Origin: Candidatus Bipolaricaulota bacterium
GTDB taxonomy: Bacteria > Bipolaricaulota > Bipolaricaulia > UBA7950 > UBA9294
Assembly: GCA_026390315.1 (NCBI GenBank)
Contig: JAPLGE010000061.1
Coordinates: 1 to 40,920 of the forward strand
DNA length: 40,920 nt
Direction of reading: 5' to 3'
Part shown: positions 1 to 9,857 of the stretch, one piece after another
Position numbering within the stretch: the first letter of the stretch is position 1
How the letters are laid out: the number at the start of each line of letters is the position of its first letter
The notes under the pieces: generated by a model
The model's database searches: none
The model's input: the letters and a program-made list of their open reading frames with translations, nothing else
Told to the model about the DNA's origin: nothing
Translations under genes and position numbers: made by a program

Positions 1-749
1 GGTCGCGTGACAGCGACGGAACGATCGTCTCCTTCGCCTGGGACTTCGGGAACGGAACCACTGGGTCGGGAGACACGGTCACCCACACCTTCTCCGACGG
101 GATGTCATACGTCGTGCGCCTCACCGTCACTGACAACAGCGGCGCCACCAACTCGGCCAGCCGCTCGGTCTCGGTGACGAGCGTCCTGCCCGCGCCTCTG
201 CCCGCGCCGCCCGTCGCGAGCGAAGGCGCGCCATCCATGGATGGAACTCCAGGAATCTTCGTGTGGGGAACCGACGCCTGGCACGTGACCGTGAATGCCG
301 GAGCGGGCTGGACGAGCCCACGCAGCTTCATGTTGCAGCTGCGCACTGACGGATCCTTCCAAAGAGCGACCGCGACCGAATGGACGAGCAGCGGCGTCCC
401 CTCATCAGCCGGCACACCCAGGGCAATCGAGAACGTGGGGAGCTTGTTGTACGTGGCGGGAAGTCTCCAGAGCGGGAGCGTGGACTACACGTTCACGGCC
501 GCGAACTCGTCGATTGTCTGGATGAGCCTGAGACTCGACATCGACGGCAACGGAGGCCTGGAGGAATCGCCGAGCTTCGTCTACCTTCGTTCGTTCATGG
601 TCCATCCCCCAGCCGCTCCGCTCGTGGTTGGTCTCCCGAGAGGTGCGACCGGACCGCTTGTCCCGAGCGTCAACTTTCGGATTGGATGGGCGTCACAATA
701 CGGGTCAGCGATTTCCTGGATCACGGACATTGCCACACTGGAGCGTTGA
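1..749 (+). CDS. PKD-domain secreted protein, 5'-truncated by the window edge
   Basis: The frame of ORF 102..749 stays open back to the window start. It translates ...DGTIVSFAWDFGNGTTGSGDTVTHTFSDGMSYVVRLTVTDNSGATNS, a PKD-repeat signature (WDFGxG ... TVTD). A Pro-rich linker (LPAPLPAPP) and a ~170-aa beta-rich region with no family I recognise follow. Stop TGA at 747-749. Confidence 0.75.
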   Translation, partial: SRDSDGTIVSFAWDFGNGTTGSGDTVTHTFSDGMSYVVRLTVTDNSGATNSASRSVSVTSVLPAPLPAPPVASEGAPSMDGTPGIFVWGTDAWHVTVNAGAGWTSPRSFMLQLRTDGSFQRATATEWTSSGVPSSAGTPRAIENVGSLLYVAGSLQSGSVDYTFTAANSSIVWMSLRLDIDGNGGLEESPSFVYLRSFMVHPPAAPLVVGLPRGATGPLVPSVNFRIGWASQYGSAISWITDIATLER

Positions 750-1524
750 GCGCAGGCCAGGAGAGGGGCGACGGCAGAGGCCCCATGTGCAATGCTGCGT
801 CGGGATCGGTCATCGGACTGCGAAGCGCCCTCACTCACTCCTCGCGTGCCTCTGGATGAGGCGAGGAGGGCTGGAGCCCATCAGTTCGTGGCAGGGAGTG
901 CAGGCACAGGAATGTTCAGGCGAAGGTGGCTTCCTACCTCGGCCCTGAGTGCGCGCGTCGCAGTGTGTCTCGATCTTCCCCCATCCCACGCAGTAGGAGC
1001 GTGTGACACTCGTTTCTCACCCGCTTGAGACGCGCTTAGGGCAGGGGATCTGACGCGTGAAGGGGCGTACGTGGACCAGTCGGCGATGTCTGGACCGTGG
1101 AGATCAGCTCCTCCAGATGGCTAGAAGTCTTCGGTTGGGGAAGGTCCTGGGGGCATGCGTGCTGCCTTCCGTGGTCGCGACGATCCGGAGTCGAGGGGGG
1201 AGCGGGCCCCCTTCATCTCCCCCTCGCCAGGATGCCTCGCGACCTCTCGCGTGCTTGCCGGGGCGTGCTCACCAGGGAGCCGAGGCTGCCTTCTCCCGCT
1301 CGGTGCCGCAGAAACTCGGCCAGGGGGACCTGTAGGAGTGCCTCCCGAACTGAAGGTCCTCCCCGCGCGTGTGCCGCCTTGAGGTCACAGGAGGCGCCGG
1401 AGCCCTCGGCATTCTGCTCAGTGACCGACCCGCCAGAGCTTCGTGGACAAGCCTACCCTCTTCAGGGGTCGGTCGACCTTCTGGAGAGCGGACGAGGAAG
1501 CTAGGATGTGGACGGTGTGATCCG

Positions 1525-2121
1525 ATGAGAGCATCCGTGTGGGTTCGAGGCGCTGTCATGGCGATGGCCTTGATGGTAGCCTGCTTCGCCGCGGGCGATA
1601 CCGTCAGGGGCGAAACCGCGTTGGGCTTTGGAGTCGCCGTTCCCCTTGCCCTTCCCGTCGCCTGGGGCGAGTCCATCTCTTTCATCACCGCCGAAGTCGG
1701 GGCGGAAGGGAACATGTCCTTCCGGTTGACCGTCGGAACGTACCCGGCCGAGTTCCCAGATTTGTACGAGGCCGACGCAGCTCTTCTTGTCAAGGGGTGG
1801 CTTGGCCCGGCACTCCTCTACGTCGGCGGCGGGGTTTCTCTTGAGTGGCGGCGGATTGGCCAGGCTTGGCTTTGGTCCCCTTTGATGAACCTCATGGCAG
1901 GCACCCAGCTGTGGCTGGTTGACTCGGTGGCGCTCTGCCTCGAACTGCGCTCACTCGAGCGACTCCCGGCCGTTTGGGTCCTTGACCCGGAGATCTCATT
2001 GGGAATCACCCTCGGCCTCGGCCCAGTGCGACCGTCTCCGCCGCGGGTCGACGCCTATCACCTGTGGATCTTGGTCGGCCTCGGCGTGCTCACCTTCATT
2101 CTCTACTACCCGCGCATTTGA
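1525..2121 (+). CDS. hypothetical secreted/membrane protein
   Basis: ATG at 1525 (MRASVWVRGAVMAMALMVACFAAG) gives a signal-peptide-like N-terminus. The C-terminus has a hydrophobic helix (LWILVGLGVLTFILYY). The longest ORF starts at 1369, but its first 52 codons are not protein-like. No family recognised. Confidence 0.5.
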   Translation: MRASVWVRGAVMAMALMVACFAAGDTVRGETALGFGVAVPLALPVAWGESISFITAEVGAEGNMSFRLTVGTYPAEFPDLYEADAALLVKGWLGPALLYVGGGVSLEWRRIGQAWLWSPLMNLMAGTQLWLVDSVALCLELRSLERLPAVWVLDPEISLGITLGLGPVRPSPPRVDAYHLWILVGLGVLTFILYYPRI

Positions 2122-2202
2122 GGCCGTTCCCTTGCCGGCGGTGGGCAAGCCCTCTCGTCCGTAGCAGCTCACGGCGTGTACTCCGCCCACCTTCTTGAGG
2201 CC

Positions 2203-2231
2203 TTCACAGGGCTCTCGGTTTGTGCTATACT
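2203..2231 (+). promoter_or_regulatory. sigma-70-like promoter candidate upstream of the sigma factor gene
   Basis: TTCACA (2203-2208), 17-nt spacer, TATACT (2226-2231), with TG two nt upstream of the -10. It lies in the 2122-2396 intergenic region. Confidence 0.4.
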
Positions 2232-2396
2232 GACCCCCGAGACTAAGGCAAGGCGGCATGGATGTGCCGTCAAGGGTGAAGTGAGACCGGACTGACCGCG
2301 AATCGGGGGGCCTTCTGGCCACCCGATTCTGTCTGGGTGTCTAGTCTAGGCAAGGTCCTGTGCAAGGCGTATGGAGCAAGCAAGGAGACGATCGAG

Positions 2397-3326
2397 GTGC
2401 CCAAAGCAACCGTCAACCTCAGAGAGAACCTGAGCAACGTTCCCGACGACGACCGCGAGGATCTAGAAGAGCCGGTCCGGTCAGACAACCCGTTGCGCAC
2501 CTACTTCGGCGAGATCAGCCGGGTCTCCCTTCTCACGCGCGAGGATGAGGTTCGGCTTTCAAAGAGGATCGAGGCCGGAGACAAGCGGGCCCGAGAAGAG
2601 CTGGCTGAGGCCAACCTGCGGCTAGTTGTCTCGATCGCGAAGAAGTACCGCGGCTGTGGGCTTCCGTTCCTCGATCTCATCCAGGAAGGGAACCTTGGCC
2701 TGATGAAGGCCATCGAGAAGTTCGACTACAAGAAAGGGTACAAGTTCTCGACCTACGCCACGTGGTGGATCCGGCAGGCGATCCTGCGGGCGATCACCAA
2801 TCGGTCGCGGACGATCCGTGTCCCGACTCACATCAACGAGTTGATCCGCAAGATCTACCAGGTCGAGCGGAACCACCTCAAGGAGTACGGGGAACTCCCG
2901 ACGTCGGAGAATCTCGCGGACGAGTTGGACACGACCGCCGAGAACATCATCAAGGCCAAGAAGACCGCGCAGAGCATGACCTCCCTCGATATGCCGATCG
3001 GCTACGAGGACGACGGGTCCGTGCTGGGAGACTTCATTGAGGACCGCACAGTCGATTCCCCTGAGCGGGAGACGTTCGCGCACCTCCTCGTGCAGGAGCT
3101 GGAGCGCGCTCTCGACGAGCGCCTCACCGAGCGCGAGCGGCGGATTCTCGAGCTGCGCTACGGACTGAACGACTACCAGCCCCGCACGCTCGACGAGGTC
3201 GGCGTGGAGTTCGGGATCAGCCGCGAGCGGGTTCGCCAGATCCAGAAAGAAGCCCTGGCCAAGCTCCAGGACACGGATCTGAAGCAACGCCTCGAATGGT
3301 TCAGGCTGCTTTCCGAGGAGGCGTAG
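2397..3326 (+). CDS. sigA: RNA polymerase sigma factor, RpoD/SigA-like (group 1/2)
   Basis: Regions 2 and 4 are clear: [40 protein letters not shown] (rpoD box, regions 2.3/2.4) and [23 protein letters not shown] (region 4.2). The longest ORF starts at GTG 2337 with no SD. In-frame GTG 2397 is preceded by AAGGAG (2382-2387) at 9-nt spacing, so I prefer it. There is no long region 1.1. Confidence 0.9.
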   Translation: MPKATVNLRENLSNVPDDDREDLEEPVRSDNPLRTYFGEISRVSLLTREDEVRLSKRIEAGDKRAREELAEANLRLVVSIAKKYRGCGLPFLDLIQEGNLGLMKAIEKFDYKKGYKFSTYATWWIRQAILRAITNRSRTIRVPTHINELIRKIYQVERNHLKEYGELPTSENLADELDTTAENIIKAKKTAQSMTSLDMPIGYEDDGSVLGDFIEDRTVDSPERETFAHLLVQELERALDERLTERERRILELRYGLNDYQPRTLDEVGVEFGISRERVRQIQKEALAKLQDTDLKQRLEWFRLLSEEA

Positions 3327-5604
3327 CCCCCTCCGATCCCCCGTCTTTGTTCGGGCTCTCGCTGTGCGCGCAGGCTTTGTCCGTACAGACCAAGGTCCCT
3401 TGTCTGTCGATGAGGATCCCTCCCTTGCAGGCAGGGCAAGCCTTGACCGGACGTTCGCTCGTCGCAAACCGGCACGCAGGATAGCGGTTGCAGCTGTAGA
3501 AGGTTCGCCGGCGCTTCTGCGAGTACTTCTCGACCAGCTCTCCCTCTCCGCATACCGGGCACATCACACCGCTTGAGACGGACGCGGTCTTCCCGCACTC
3601 CGGATTCGTGCAACGCCAGTAGCGGCCGTATCGCCCGTCCTTGAGCTGCATCGGGCCCCCGCAGCTCTGACAGGTCTCCTCGGCCCCTCCGCCGCTCTCC
3701 AGTTTCTCCAACGCCTCGCGAACGAACAGCGTGTCTCCATCGTAGCGGAAGCGTGCGTCCGGCGGGACGTTGCGAGTGTTGCGGCAGGCCGGGTAGGCTG
3801 AGCAACCGAGGAAATGGGAGCCTTTCCAGTAGCGAAGCTCAAACGGAGCCCCGCACTTATCACAGGAAAGGTCCGTCAGAACGCGGAACGGCCGATCCTT
3901 TCCGTTCCCGATGAAGGCGTCGAGGGCGGTGAGGCGCTCGGCAAACGGACCATAGAATCGATTGAGGACGTCGACCCGCTTCATCTCCCCTTCCTCGATC
4001 CGGTCGAGATCCTCCTCCATGCGCGCCGTGAACTCCGTCTCTACCGTCTCCGAGACGTACCGCCGAAGGAAGTCGACGACCACCTGTCCGAGCAGCGTGG
4101 GCCGCAGGCTTCCCCCATCCTTGACCGCGTATCCGCGCTCCTGGATGACTCCGATGATGGAGGCGTACGTGCTCGGCCGGCCGATTCCCTGCTTCTCGAG
4201 CAGGTTGACGAGCCCGGCCTCGCTGTAGCGCCGAGGCGGCTCGGTGAACTTCTGGTGCGAAGCGACGTCCTCGAGCACAACCACTTCCTCCTCCCTGAGC
4301 CAGGCCGGGACCTCGTCCTTCTCCTTCTCGGCCTTCTCCTCGGGAAAGAGCACCAGGAATCCCGCCGAAGTCAGGGTGCTCCCCGCGGCCTCCAGGGTGT
4401 AGGGGCCCGCCGAGAGCAGCGCCTTCCTCTGCCGGTAGGCCGCGGGAGCCATCTGCGTGGAGAGGAATCGGTTGTAGACGAGCCCATAGAGCTTCTGCTG
4501 ATCCGTGGTCAGGTGAGAGGCGATGGCATCAGGAGAGTGCGCGAGGTCGGTCGGCCGGATCGCCTCATGCGCGTCTTGTGAGCGTTTCTGGTTCCTGTAG
4601 TGCCGCACGCCCTGCGACAGGTAGTCCCGGCCGAAGCGGTCCTCGATCAGTCGCCGCGCCGAGTCCACCGCCGCGTCGGACACGCGCACCGAATCAGTGC
4701 GCATATACGTGATCAGACCAACGCCCCCCTCATCCAGCACGACGCCCTCGTAGAGCTCCTGCGCGAGCTTCATCGTTCGTTTCGGGGAGAAACCGAGGAC
4801 CGAGGAGGCGGTCTGCTGAAGAGAGCTCGTGATGAACGGCGGCGGCGGCTGGCGCAGACGCTCCTTCTCGCTGATCGACTCAACTCGGATCGTCTGGCGC
4901 CGCAAGTCGGCGACCGTCTCGTCGTTCTCCGACTGGGTGTGAACGACGAGCTTATCGCCGCCCTTCCTCGTCAAGGAGGCGATGAAGGCTTCGCCGTCGC
5001 GAATCCGCGCGTCGATCTCCCAGTACTCCTCCGGGACGAAACGAACGATCTCCGCCTCCCGATCGCACAGGAAGCGTAGCGCGACCGACTGAACCCGTCC
5101 TGCGGAGAGCCCTTCGAAGCGGTTGCCGGCGAGGGTCTTGGAGACGAGCGGGCTCACCATGTAGCCGACGAGCCGATCGAGGATTCGCCGGGTCCGCTGC
5201 GCCTCCACCTTGTTGAGATCGATCTTCGACGGATGGGCAAGGGCCTCCAGGATCACCGGCTTTGTGATCTCGTTGAACACGGGGCGCGAAAAGGCTTTCT
5301 CATCCGTGACGACTCGCTTCAGGATCGTGTACAGGTCGTAGGCGATCGCCTCGCCCTCGCGGTCGTGGTCGGTCGCGAGGTAGACGGCCCCGGCCTCCTT
5401 CGCCGCCGCGCGCAACTTGGCCACCTCTTTCGTGCGTTTGGTCTCGAATTCCGGCAGAAAACCCTTCTCGATGTTCACCCCGAGCCCGCTCTTCGGCAGG
5501 TCGCGCACGTGCCCCTGGGAGGAAAGGACCACGTAGTCCTTCCCCAGGAACTGGGCGATGGTCCGCGCCTTGGTCGGGGATTCGACGATGATCAGCTTTT
5601 TCAA
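3301..5604 (-). CDS. topA: DNA topoisomerase I with four C-terminal zinc ribbons
   Basis: Toprim N-terminus [20 protein letters not shown], followed by the central type IA core. The C-terminus has four CxxC...CxxC zinc-ribbon modules (CDKCGAP...CSAYPAC, CQSCGGP...CTNPEC, CPVCGEG...CNRYPAC, CPACKGG...CTDKAC). The ORF track starts at 5697, but a TTGAGG-17-TATAAT promoter lies inside that extension. In-frame TTG 5604 gives the canonical [10 protein letters not shown] start, with AAGAGG 8 nt upstream. Confidence 0.92.
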   Translation of the reverse strand: MKKLIIVESPTKARTIAQFLGKDYVVLSSQGHVRDLPKSGLGVNIEKGFLPEFETKRTKEVAKLRAAAKEAGAVYLATDHDREGEAIAYDLYTILKRVVTDEKAFSRPVFNEITKPVILEALAHPSKIDLNKVEAQRTRRILDRLVGYMVSPLVSKTLAGNRFEGLSAGRVQSVALRFLCDREAEIVRFVPEEYWEIDARIRDGEAFIASLTRKGGDKLVVHTQSENDETVADLRRQTIRVESISEKERLRQPPPPFITSSLQQTASSVLGFSPKRTMKLAQELYEGVVLDEGGVGLITYMRTDSVRVSDAAVDSARRLIEDRFGRDYLSQGVRHYRNQKRSQDAHEAIRPTDLAHSPDAIASHLTTDQQKLYGLVYNRFLSTQMAPAAYRQRKALLSAGPYTLEAAGSTLTSAGFLVLFPEEKAEKEKDEVPAWLREEEVVVLEDVASHQKFTEPPRRYSEAGLVNLLEKQGIGRPSTYASIIGVIQERGYAVKDGGSLRPTLLGQVVVDFLRRYVSETVETEFTARMEEDLDRIEEGEMKRVDVLNRFYGPFAERLTALDAFIGNGKDRPFRVLTDLSCDKCGAPFELRYWKGSHFLGCSAYPACRNTRNVPPDARFRYDGDTLFVREALEKLESGGGAEETCQSCGGPMQLKDGRYGRYWRCTNPECGKTASVSSGVMCPVCGEGELVEKYSQKRRRTFYSCNRYPACRFATSERPVKACPACKGGILIDRQGTLVCTDKACAHSESPNKDGGSEGATPPRKAA

Positions 5605-5631
5605 TTCCAGAGCCTCTTCATGAAGTGGCCC

Positions 5632-5660
5632 ATTATACAAAGGCGAACTCGACGCCTCAA
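5632..5660 (-). promoter_or_regulatory. sigma-70-like promoter candidate for topA
   Basis: In minus sense: TTGAGG (5660-5655), 17-nt spacer, TATAAT (5637-5632), about 28 nt upstream of the TTG start at 5604. Confidence 0.45.
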
Positions 5661-5747
5661 AGCGGTCGCTCTTCGGCAAGACCGCGCGGTTCGGCACGGA
5701 GCCAGGCCTCGCCGCCGGGTAGAATGGCGATCTGAGAAGGAGGGGCG

Positions 5748-7055
5748 ATGAGGTACGTCGTGTTCGAAGGCCTCCCCGCCGCGGGGAAGAGCGAGGTCCT
5801 GGAACTCCTGGCCCGGTTCTATCCAGAGCGGCTGCGCGTGTTTCCCGAGATCGTCAAGGAGGTCGCCACGCGCGAAGGGATTGACCTCTTCGCCGAGAGG
5901 AACCGCCTCACGCAGGCGATCCTCGCCGCGCTCCCGCGGCGCCGAGAAGAGATCGAGGAGGCCTTGGCCCTAGGAGAGCTCTGCCTCGAGGAGTCCCACC
6001 TCGGAGTCCACTTCGCCTACTCGATCGCCCTCGGTGATCCGACGTTTGTCGACGCCTACGCCACAGCCGAAGACGCTCTTCCTCACCCGGATCTCTACCT
6101 TCGTTTGGAGATCCCGGTCGAGTTGTCGCTCGTGCGTCAAAGGGCACGCGGAACCCCGCAGTTCGAGGTCGGTCGGGAGGCGCTCGACCGAATGAGCGCG
6201 CACCTTGCCGCCTGGCACCTCGAGCGCAAGACCCCCTTTCTCTCCCTCGACGCCGATCGGCCGGCGGCCGAGCTCCTCGCCGACGTGGAGAGGATCCTCG
6301 GACTGGACTACCGAAAGGCGCAGACCGCCTCGGCAGGCCTCTTCGACGTCCTCCTGCTCCTCGGCCGGCCGGCGAGCGGCAAGAGTGAGTTCATCGACTT
6401 CATGAAGAAGTGCCCTCACGAGAGAAGAGCGGCGCGCTACCACGTCGGCCGTTTCGAGGTCGTCGACGACTTCGTGACCCTCTGGGGGAAGTTCGAGGAG
6501 GACGACCTGTGGGAGTGTGTAGGTAGACCCCGCCTCTACTCCCGTCGCGCCGGCGGCAACTACGTGGTCGCCGACGACAGGATCTGGCCGTTCCTCGTCG
6601 GCAGAATCAACCAGCGCGCGGAGGCGGTCCTCTCCGGAACCGGCGGATGCCCTCCGGAGACCCTGCTCGTCGAGTTCTCCCGCGGAGGGAGATCGGGCTA
6701 CGCCGACGCACTGCGCGGGCTTTCCCCTCGTCTGCTCGCACGCGCCGCGATCCTCTTCGTCTCCGTGACGTGCGAGGAATCCCTGCGAAGGAACCTTGCC
6801 CGCTACGACGCGGCGAGGAGCGGCGGGATCCTTACCCACTCCGTCCCCCACGAAGAGATGGAGCGAACCTACACGACCGACGATTGGCCCTGCCTCGCGT
6901 CGCAAAGCCATGGCGTTCTCGAGCTTGGCGGAGTCCGTGTCCCCTACGTGACCATGGAGAACGAGCCGGAGCTCTTCGACCCGATCCTCCTCGATCGCCG
7001 CTACCGACGCGCGCTCGATTCTCTCTCTACTCTGTGGCAGGAGAGCCGGGGCTAA
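5748..7055 (+). CDS. tandem P-loop NTPase / kinase-like fusion protein (two Walker A motifs)
   Basis: AGGAGG SD upstream of ATG 5748; TAGAAT -10 candidate at 5720-5725. The N-terminal half has VFEGLPAAGKSE, an ExS-like motif and LYLRLEIPVELSLVRQRARG, resembling dNK/dTMP-kinase-type proteins. The C-terminal half has LLLLGRPASGKSEF, LVEFSRGG and ILFVSVTCEESLRRNL, whose layout is reminiscent of the 6-phosphofructo-2-kinase-type fold. The substrate is unknown. Confidence 0.8.
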   Translation: MRYVVFEGLPAAGKSEVLELLARFYPERLRVFPEIVKEVATREGIDLFAERNRLTQAILAALPRRREEIEEALALGELCLEESHLGVHFAYSIALGDPTFVDAYATAEDALPHPDLYLRLEIPVELSLVRQRARGTPQFEVGREALDRMSAHLAAWHLERKTPFLSLDADRPAAELLADVERILGLDYRKAQTASAGLFDVLLLLGRPASGKSEFIDFMKKCPHERRAARYHVGRFEVVDDFVTLWGKFEEDDLWECVGRPRLYSRRAGGNYVVADDRIWPFLVGRINQRAEAVLSGTGGCPPETLLVEFSRGGRSGYADALRGLSPRLLARAAILFVSVTCEESLRRNLARYDAARSGGILTHSVPHEEMERTYTTDDWPCLASQSHGVLELGGVRVPYVTMENEPELFDPILLDRRYRRALDSLSTLWQESRG

Positions 7056-8089
7056 CGAGGGAGGACCTCGCAGAACACGCGCTCGAAGTTCCGCCAGGAG
7101 ACCTTCTCCACCTGCGAGGACGAAAGCCCTGCCTCGAGGAAGAGGCCAGCAAGCTTGGGATAGTCGCCAATCCCCTCGATCCCCAGGGGCAGGTAGTCCG
7201 TCCCGTCAAGGTCGCCGCCCAGGCCAACGCAGTCTTCGCCTCCGACCTCGATCGCATGCAGGACGTGCCGTGCCACCCACTCGAGCGACGCGCGGGGAAG
7301 ACCCGCGGCGAACCGGCAGCGCTCCCTATCGGCATCGGGACCCGTCACGCCTCTCGCGGCCAGCTCTTGGCCGAAGCGTGTCTCCTCGCGACAGCGCTCT
7401 GAGTCGAGAAAGCCGGCATGGAGGTTGATCCCCATTACTCCTCCCCGCCCGGCAAGCTCACGGATCATCGGGTCCGTGAGGTTGCGCCGGTTCGGGCTGA
7501 GGGCACGGCAATTGGAGTGACTGGCGATGAACGGCTTCCGCGCGGCCCGGCAGACATCAGCAAACGCCCGGTCGGCGAGGTGGGAGACGTCGATCATCGT
7601 CCCGAGTTCCTCCGCGAGCTCGACGAGCGCCCACCCTTCCGCCGTGAGCGGCGTGTCCGTCCCGAAGGCCGTGCCCGAGAAGGGGTTGTCCTGCCAGGCG
7701 AGGATCAAGTCGCGCACGCCCAGCCGGTGGAAGTCCACAAACGTCTCCGCGCGTCCCTCCAGCGGATCGGCCCCCTCCATCGCGATCAGCGCGGCGATCG
7801 GTGCCCCGGCGCAGGCGGCGCGGACGTCGGAGGCCGTCAGAGCGAGCCGCATCACTCCGTTCGTCGCATCGATCATGCCGCGGATGGCGTCGATCACGGC
7901 CTCGGCCGTCTCACGCTCTTCGCCAGGATACCGCTCCGCGAGAACGAACGAGGCGAAGACCTGAACGCACGACCCGGCGGCGACGAGGCCGGGAAGGGTG
8001 ACGTGCCCCTCGCCGGCTCCCGTGACGAAGTCGAGCCGGCCCTCCCGCACCTTCATCACCGTGTCGCAGTGGGCGTCGAAGAACCGCAT
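7052..8089 (-). CDS. membrane dipeptidase, peptidase family M19
   Basis: MRFFDAHCDT N-terminal metal-binding motif, then ...IDVSHL...IASHSNCRAL...GLGGDLDG, all typical of renal-dipeptidase-family enzymes. The ORF track starts at 8344, which overlaps ridA. ATG 8089 matches the conserved N-terminus. Confidence 0.9.
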   Translation of the reverse strand: MRFFDAHCDTVMKVREGRLDFVTGAGEGHVTLPGLVAAGSCVQVFASFVLAERYPGEERETAEAVIDAIRGMIDATNGVMRLALTASDVRAACAGAPIAALIAMEGADPLEGRAETFVDFHRLGVRDLILAWQDNPFSGTAFGTDTPLTAEGWALVELAEELGTMIDVSHLADRAFADVCRAARKPFIASHSNCRALSPNRRNLTDPMIRELAGRGGVMGINLHAGFLDSERCREETRFGQELAARGVTGPDADRERCRFAAGLPRASLEWVARHVLHAIEVGGEDCVGLGGDLDGTDYLPLGIEGIGDYPKLAGLFLEAGLSSSQVEKVSWRNFERVFCEVLPR

Positions 8090-8124
8090 CGGGCTCTCTC
8101 CAGAGGGGCCTCTCCGCTTGACCA

Positions 8125-8499
8125 TCAGAGAGCGGCGATCGCTTCGATTTCGATCCGCGCCCCCTTGGGGAGGGCCGCGACCTGTACGCAGGTGCGGGCC
8201 GGGGGAACGCCTGAGAAGAAGGCCGAGTACGCCTCGTTCATCGCGGCGAAGTCCGCCATGTCGGTGAGGAACACCGTGACCTTCACCACGTCCTCGAGGC
8301 TCGCCCCGCCTGCCTCGAGGACGCGGCGGACGTTCTCCAGGCACTGTCTCGTCGCCGCGCGGATGTCGTCCGCGACGAGCTCTCCGGACAGCCGGGCCGG
8401 AAGCTGTCCCGAGGTGAACAGGAGGTCGCCCGCTCGCACCCCAGGAGAGTACGGACCGACGACCGGGGCCCCCTGAGGGTGAATTGGCTCTTTCTTCAC
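8125..8499 (-). CDS. ridA: RidA/YjgF/L-PSP family reactive-intermediate deaminase
   Basis: 124 aa. [23 protein letters not shown] ... [20 protein letters not shown] ... [23 protein letters not shown] is a full-length RidA signature. The start overlaps the kbl stop by 4 nt. Confidence 0.9.
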   Translation of the reverse strand: MKKEPIHPQGAPVVGPYSPGVRAGDLLFTSGQLPARLSGELVADDIRAATRQCLENVRRVLEAGGASLEDVVKVTVFLTDMADFAAMNEAYSAFFSGVPPARTCVQVAALPKGARIEIEAIAAL

Positions 8500-9677
8500 G
8501 CGCCGATCACTCCCAACTCCTTACCCACCTTGGCGAACTTCTCGAGCGCGAAGCCCAGGTCCTTCTGGGAGTGGGCAGCAGAGAGCATCACGCGGATGCG
8601 GGCCTTTCCGCGAGGGACCGTCGGGAAGGCGATGGCCGTCGCGAAGACCTCCTCCTCGAACAGGCGCTTGGAGAAAGCCCACGCGGTCTTCGCCTCGCCA
8701 AGCATCACCGGAGTGATCGGTGTCTCGCTCTTCCCCGTGTCGAAGCCCAGAAGCCGCATCTCGGTCTTGAAGAAGGTGGCGTTCTCCCAGAGCCGGCGGA
8801 CAGGCTCGTCCGTCTCCTCGAGGATGTCGATCGCCGCGATGCAGGCCGCGACGTCCGGAGGCGTGGCGGCGGACGAGAAGAGGAACGGCCGCGCCTGCTG
8901 TCGCAGGTACTCCACAATCTTCGCGCTCCCCGCGACGTAGCCGCCTACCACCCCGAACGCCTTGGACATCGTCCCCGCCTCGACGTCCACTCGCCCATGC
9001 AGCCCGAAGTGGTCCACGATCCCCCGGCCGTGGCTTCCCACGACGCCTTCGCCATGCGCATCGTCGACCATCACCATGGCCCCGTGCTCTTCCGCGGCCT
9101 CGACGATCTCCGGCAGAGGCGCGAGGTCCCCGTCCATGGAGAAGACCCCATCCGTGATGATCAGCTTCTTGGCGACGGCCCTGTTCTCCTCGAGCAGGGC
9201 GCGCAGGCCGTGCACGTCGCGGTGAGGGAAGATGACGCGCTTCGCCTTCGTGAGCCGGCACCCGTCGATGATCGAGGCGTGGTTCAGCTCGTCCGTGAAG
9301 ATGACGTCCTCGGCCCCCATGAGGAGCGGGATCGTCGCCAGGTTTGTGTTCAGCCCCGACTGCACCGACAAGGCCGCTTCGGCGCCCTTGAAGTGGGCGA
9401 TCTTCCTCTCGAGCTCCAGGTGCAGCGTCATGGTCCCGGCGATCGAACGGACGGCCCCAGGTCCGACGCCGTAGCGATCGATGGCGTCCTTCGCCGCCCT
9501 GCACAGGCGCTCGTCGTTGGCGAAGCCGAGGTAGTTGTTGGAGCACATGTTGAGGACTCGCTTCCCATCGACGATGACCCACGCCCCGACCGAGCTCTCG
9601 ATCGTGCGAATGGTGTTGTAGAGGCCCTGTTCCCTCAGTCCTTCAAGCGCCCGATCGATGAAGTCGTACTTCCCCAT
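8496..9677 (-). CDS. kbl: glycine C-acetyltransferase (2-amino-3-ketobutyrate CoA ligase)
   Basis: PLP alpha-oxoamine synthase pattern: NNYLGFAND..., [44 protein letters not shown] (PLP lysine). ATG 9677 ([14 protein letters not shown]) is preceded by GGAGGAGG. The 43-codon extension in the ORF track is rejected. Confidence 0.92.
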   Translation of the reverse strand: MGKYDFIDRALEGLREQGLYNTIRTIESSVGAWVIVDGKRVLNMCSNNYLGFANDERLCRAAKDAIDRYGVGPGAVRSIAGTMTLHLELERKIAHFKGAEAALSVQSGLNTNLATIPLLMGAEDVIFTDELNHASIIDGCRLTKAKRVIFPHRDVHGLRALLEENRAVAKKLIITDGVFSMDGDLAPLPEIVEAAEEHGAMVMVDDAHGEGVVGSHGRGIVDHFGLHGRVDVEAGTMSKAFGVVGGYVAGSAKIVEYLRQQARPFLFSSAATPPDVAACIAAIDILEETDEPVRRLWENATFFKTEMRLLGFDTGKSETPITPVMLGEAKTAWAFSKRLFEEEVFATAIAFPTVPRGKARIRVMLSAAHSQKDLGFALEKFAKVGKELGVIGA

Positions 9678-9797
9678 CCAGTCCTCCTCCTTCACACGTC
9701 GTCCCGTCCTGGAACGACCTCCGCGGGGATTTGCGGCAGATTGTACCCTCTCCGTCCTTGCGGCAAAAGCAGAGCCCACGCCGCTGTGGAGGCTCCT

Positions 9798-9826
9798 TTG
9801 TCGCACGCGCAGGCCTTACGTACAAT
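9798..9826 (+). promoter_or_regulatory. sigma-70-like promoter candidate for tdh
   Basis: TTGTCG (9798-9803), 17-nt spacer, TACAAT (9821-9826), 31 nt upstream of ATG 9858. Confidence 0.4.
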
Positions 9827-9857
9827 CCGGCTCCGACCAGACAAGGGGGCAAGACGA

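Noticed and set aside
750-1524. RNase P RNA, tmRNA, SRP RNA or a common riboswitch in the long non-coding gap
   Set aside because: By eye on both strands I found none of the hallmark strings: GGAAAGUCCGG and ACAGAACCCGGCUUA for RNase P; the tRNA-like UCCACCA end and GGUUCGA for tmRNA; GGAAGCAGCC for SRP; or the core motifs of the TPP, fluoride or c-di-GMP riboswitches. This is not a substitute for a covariance-model scan, so the region stays as an open finding without a class assignment.
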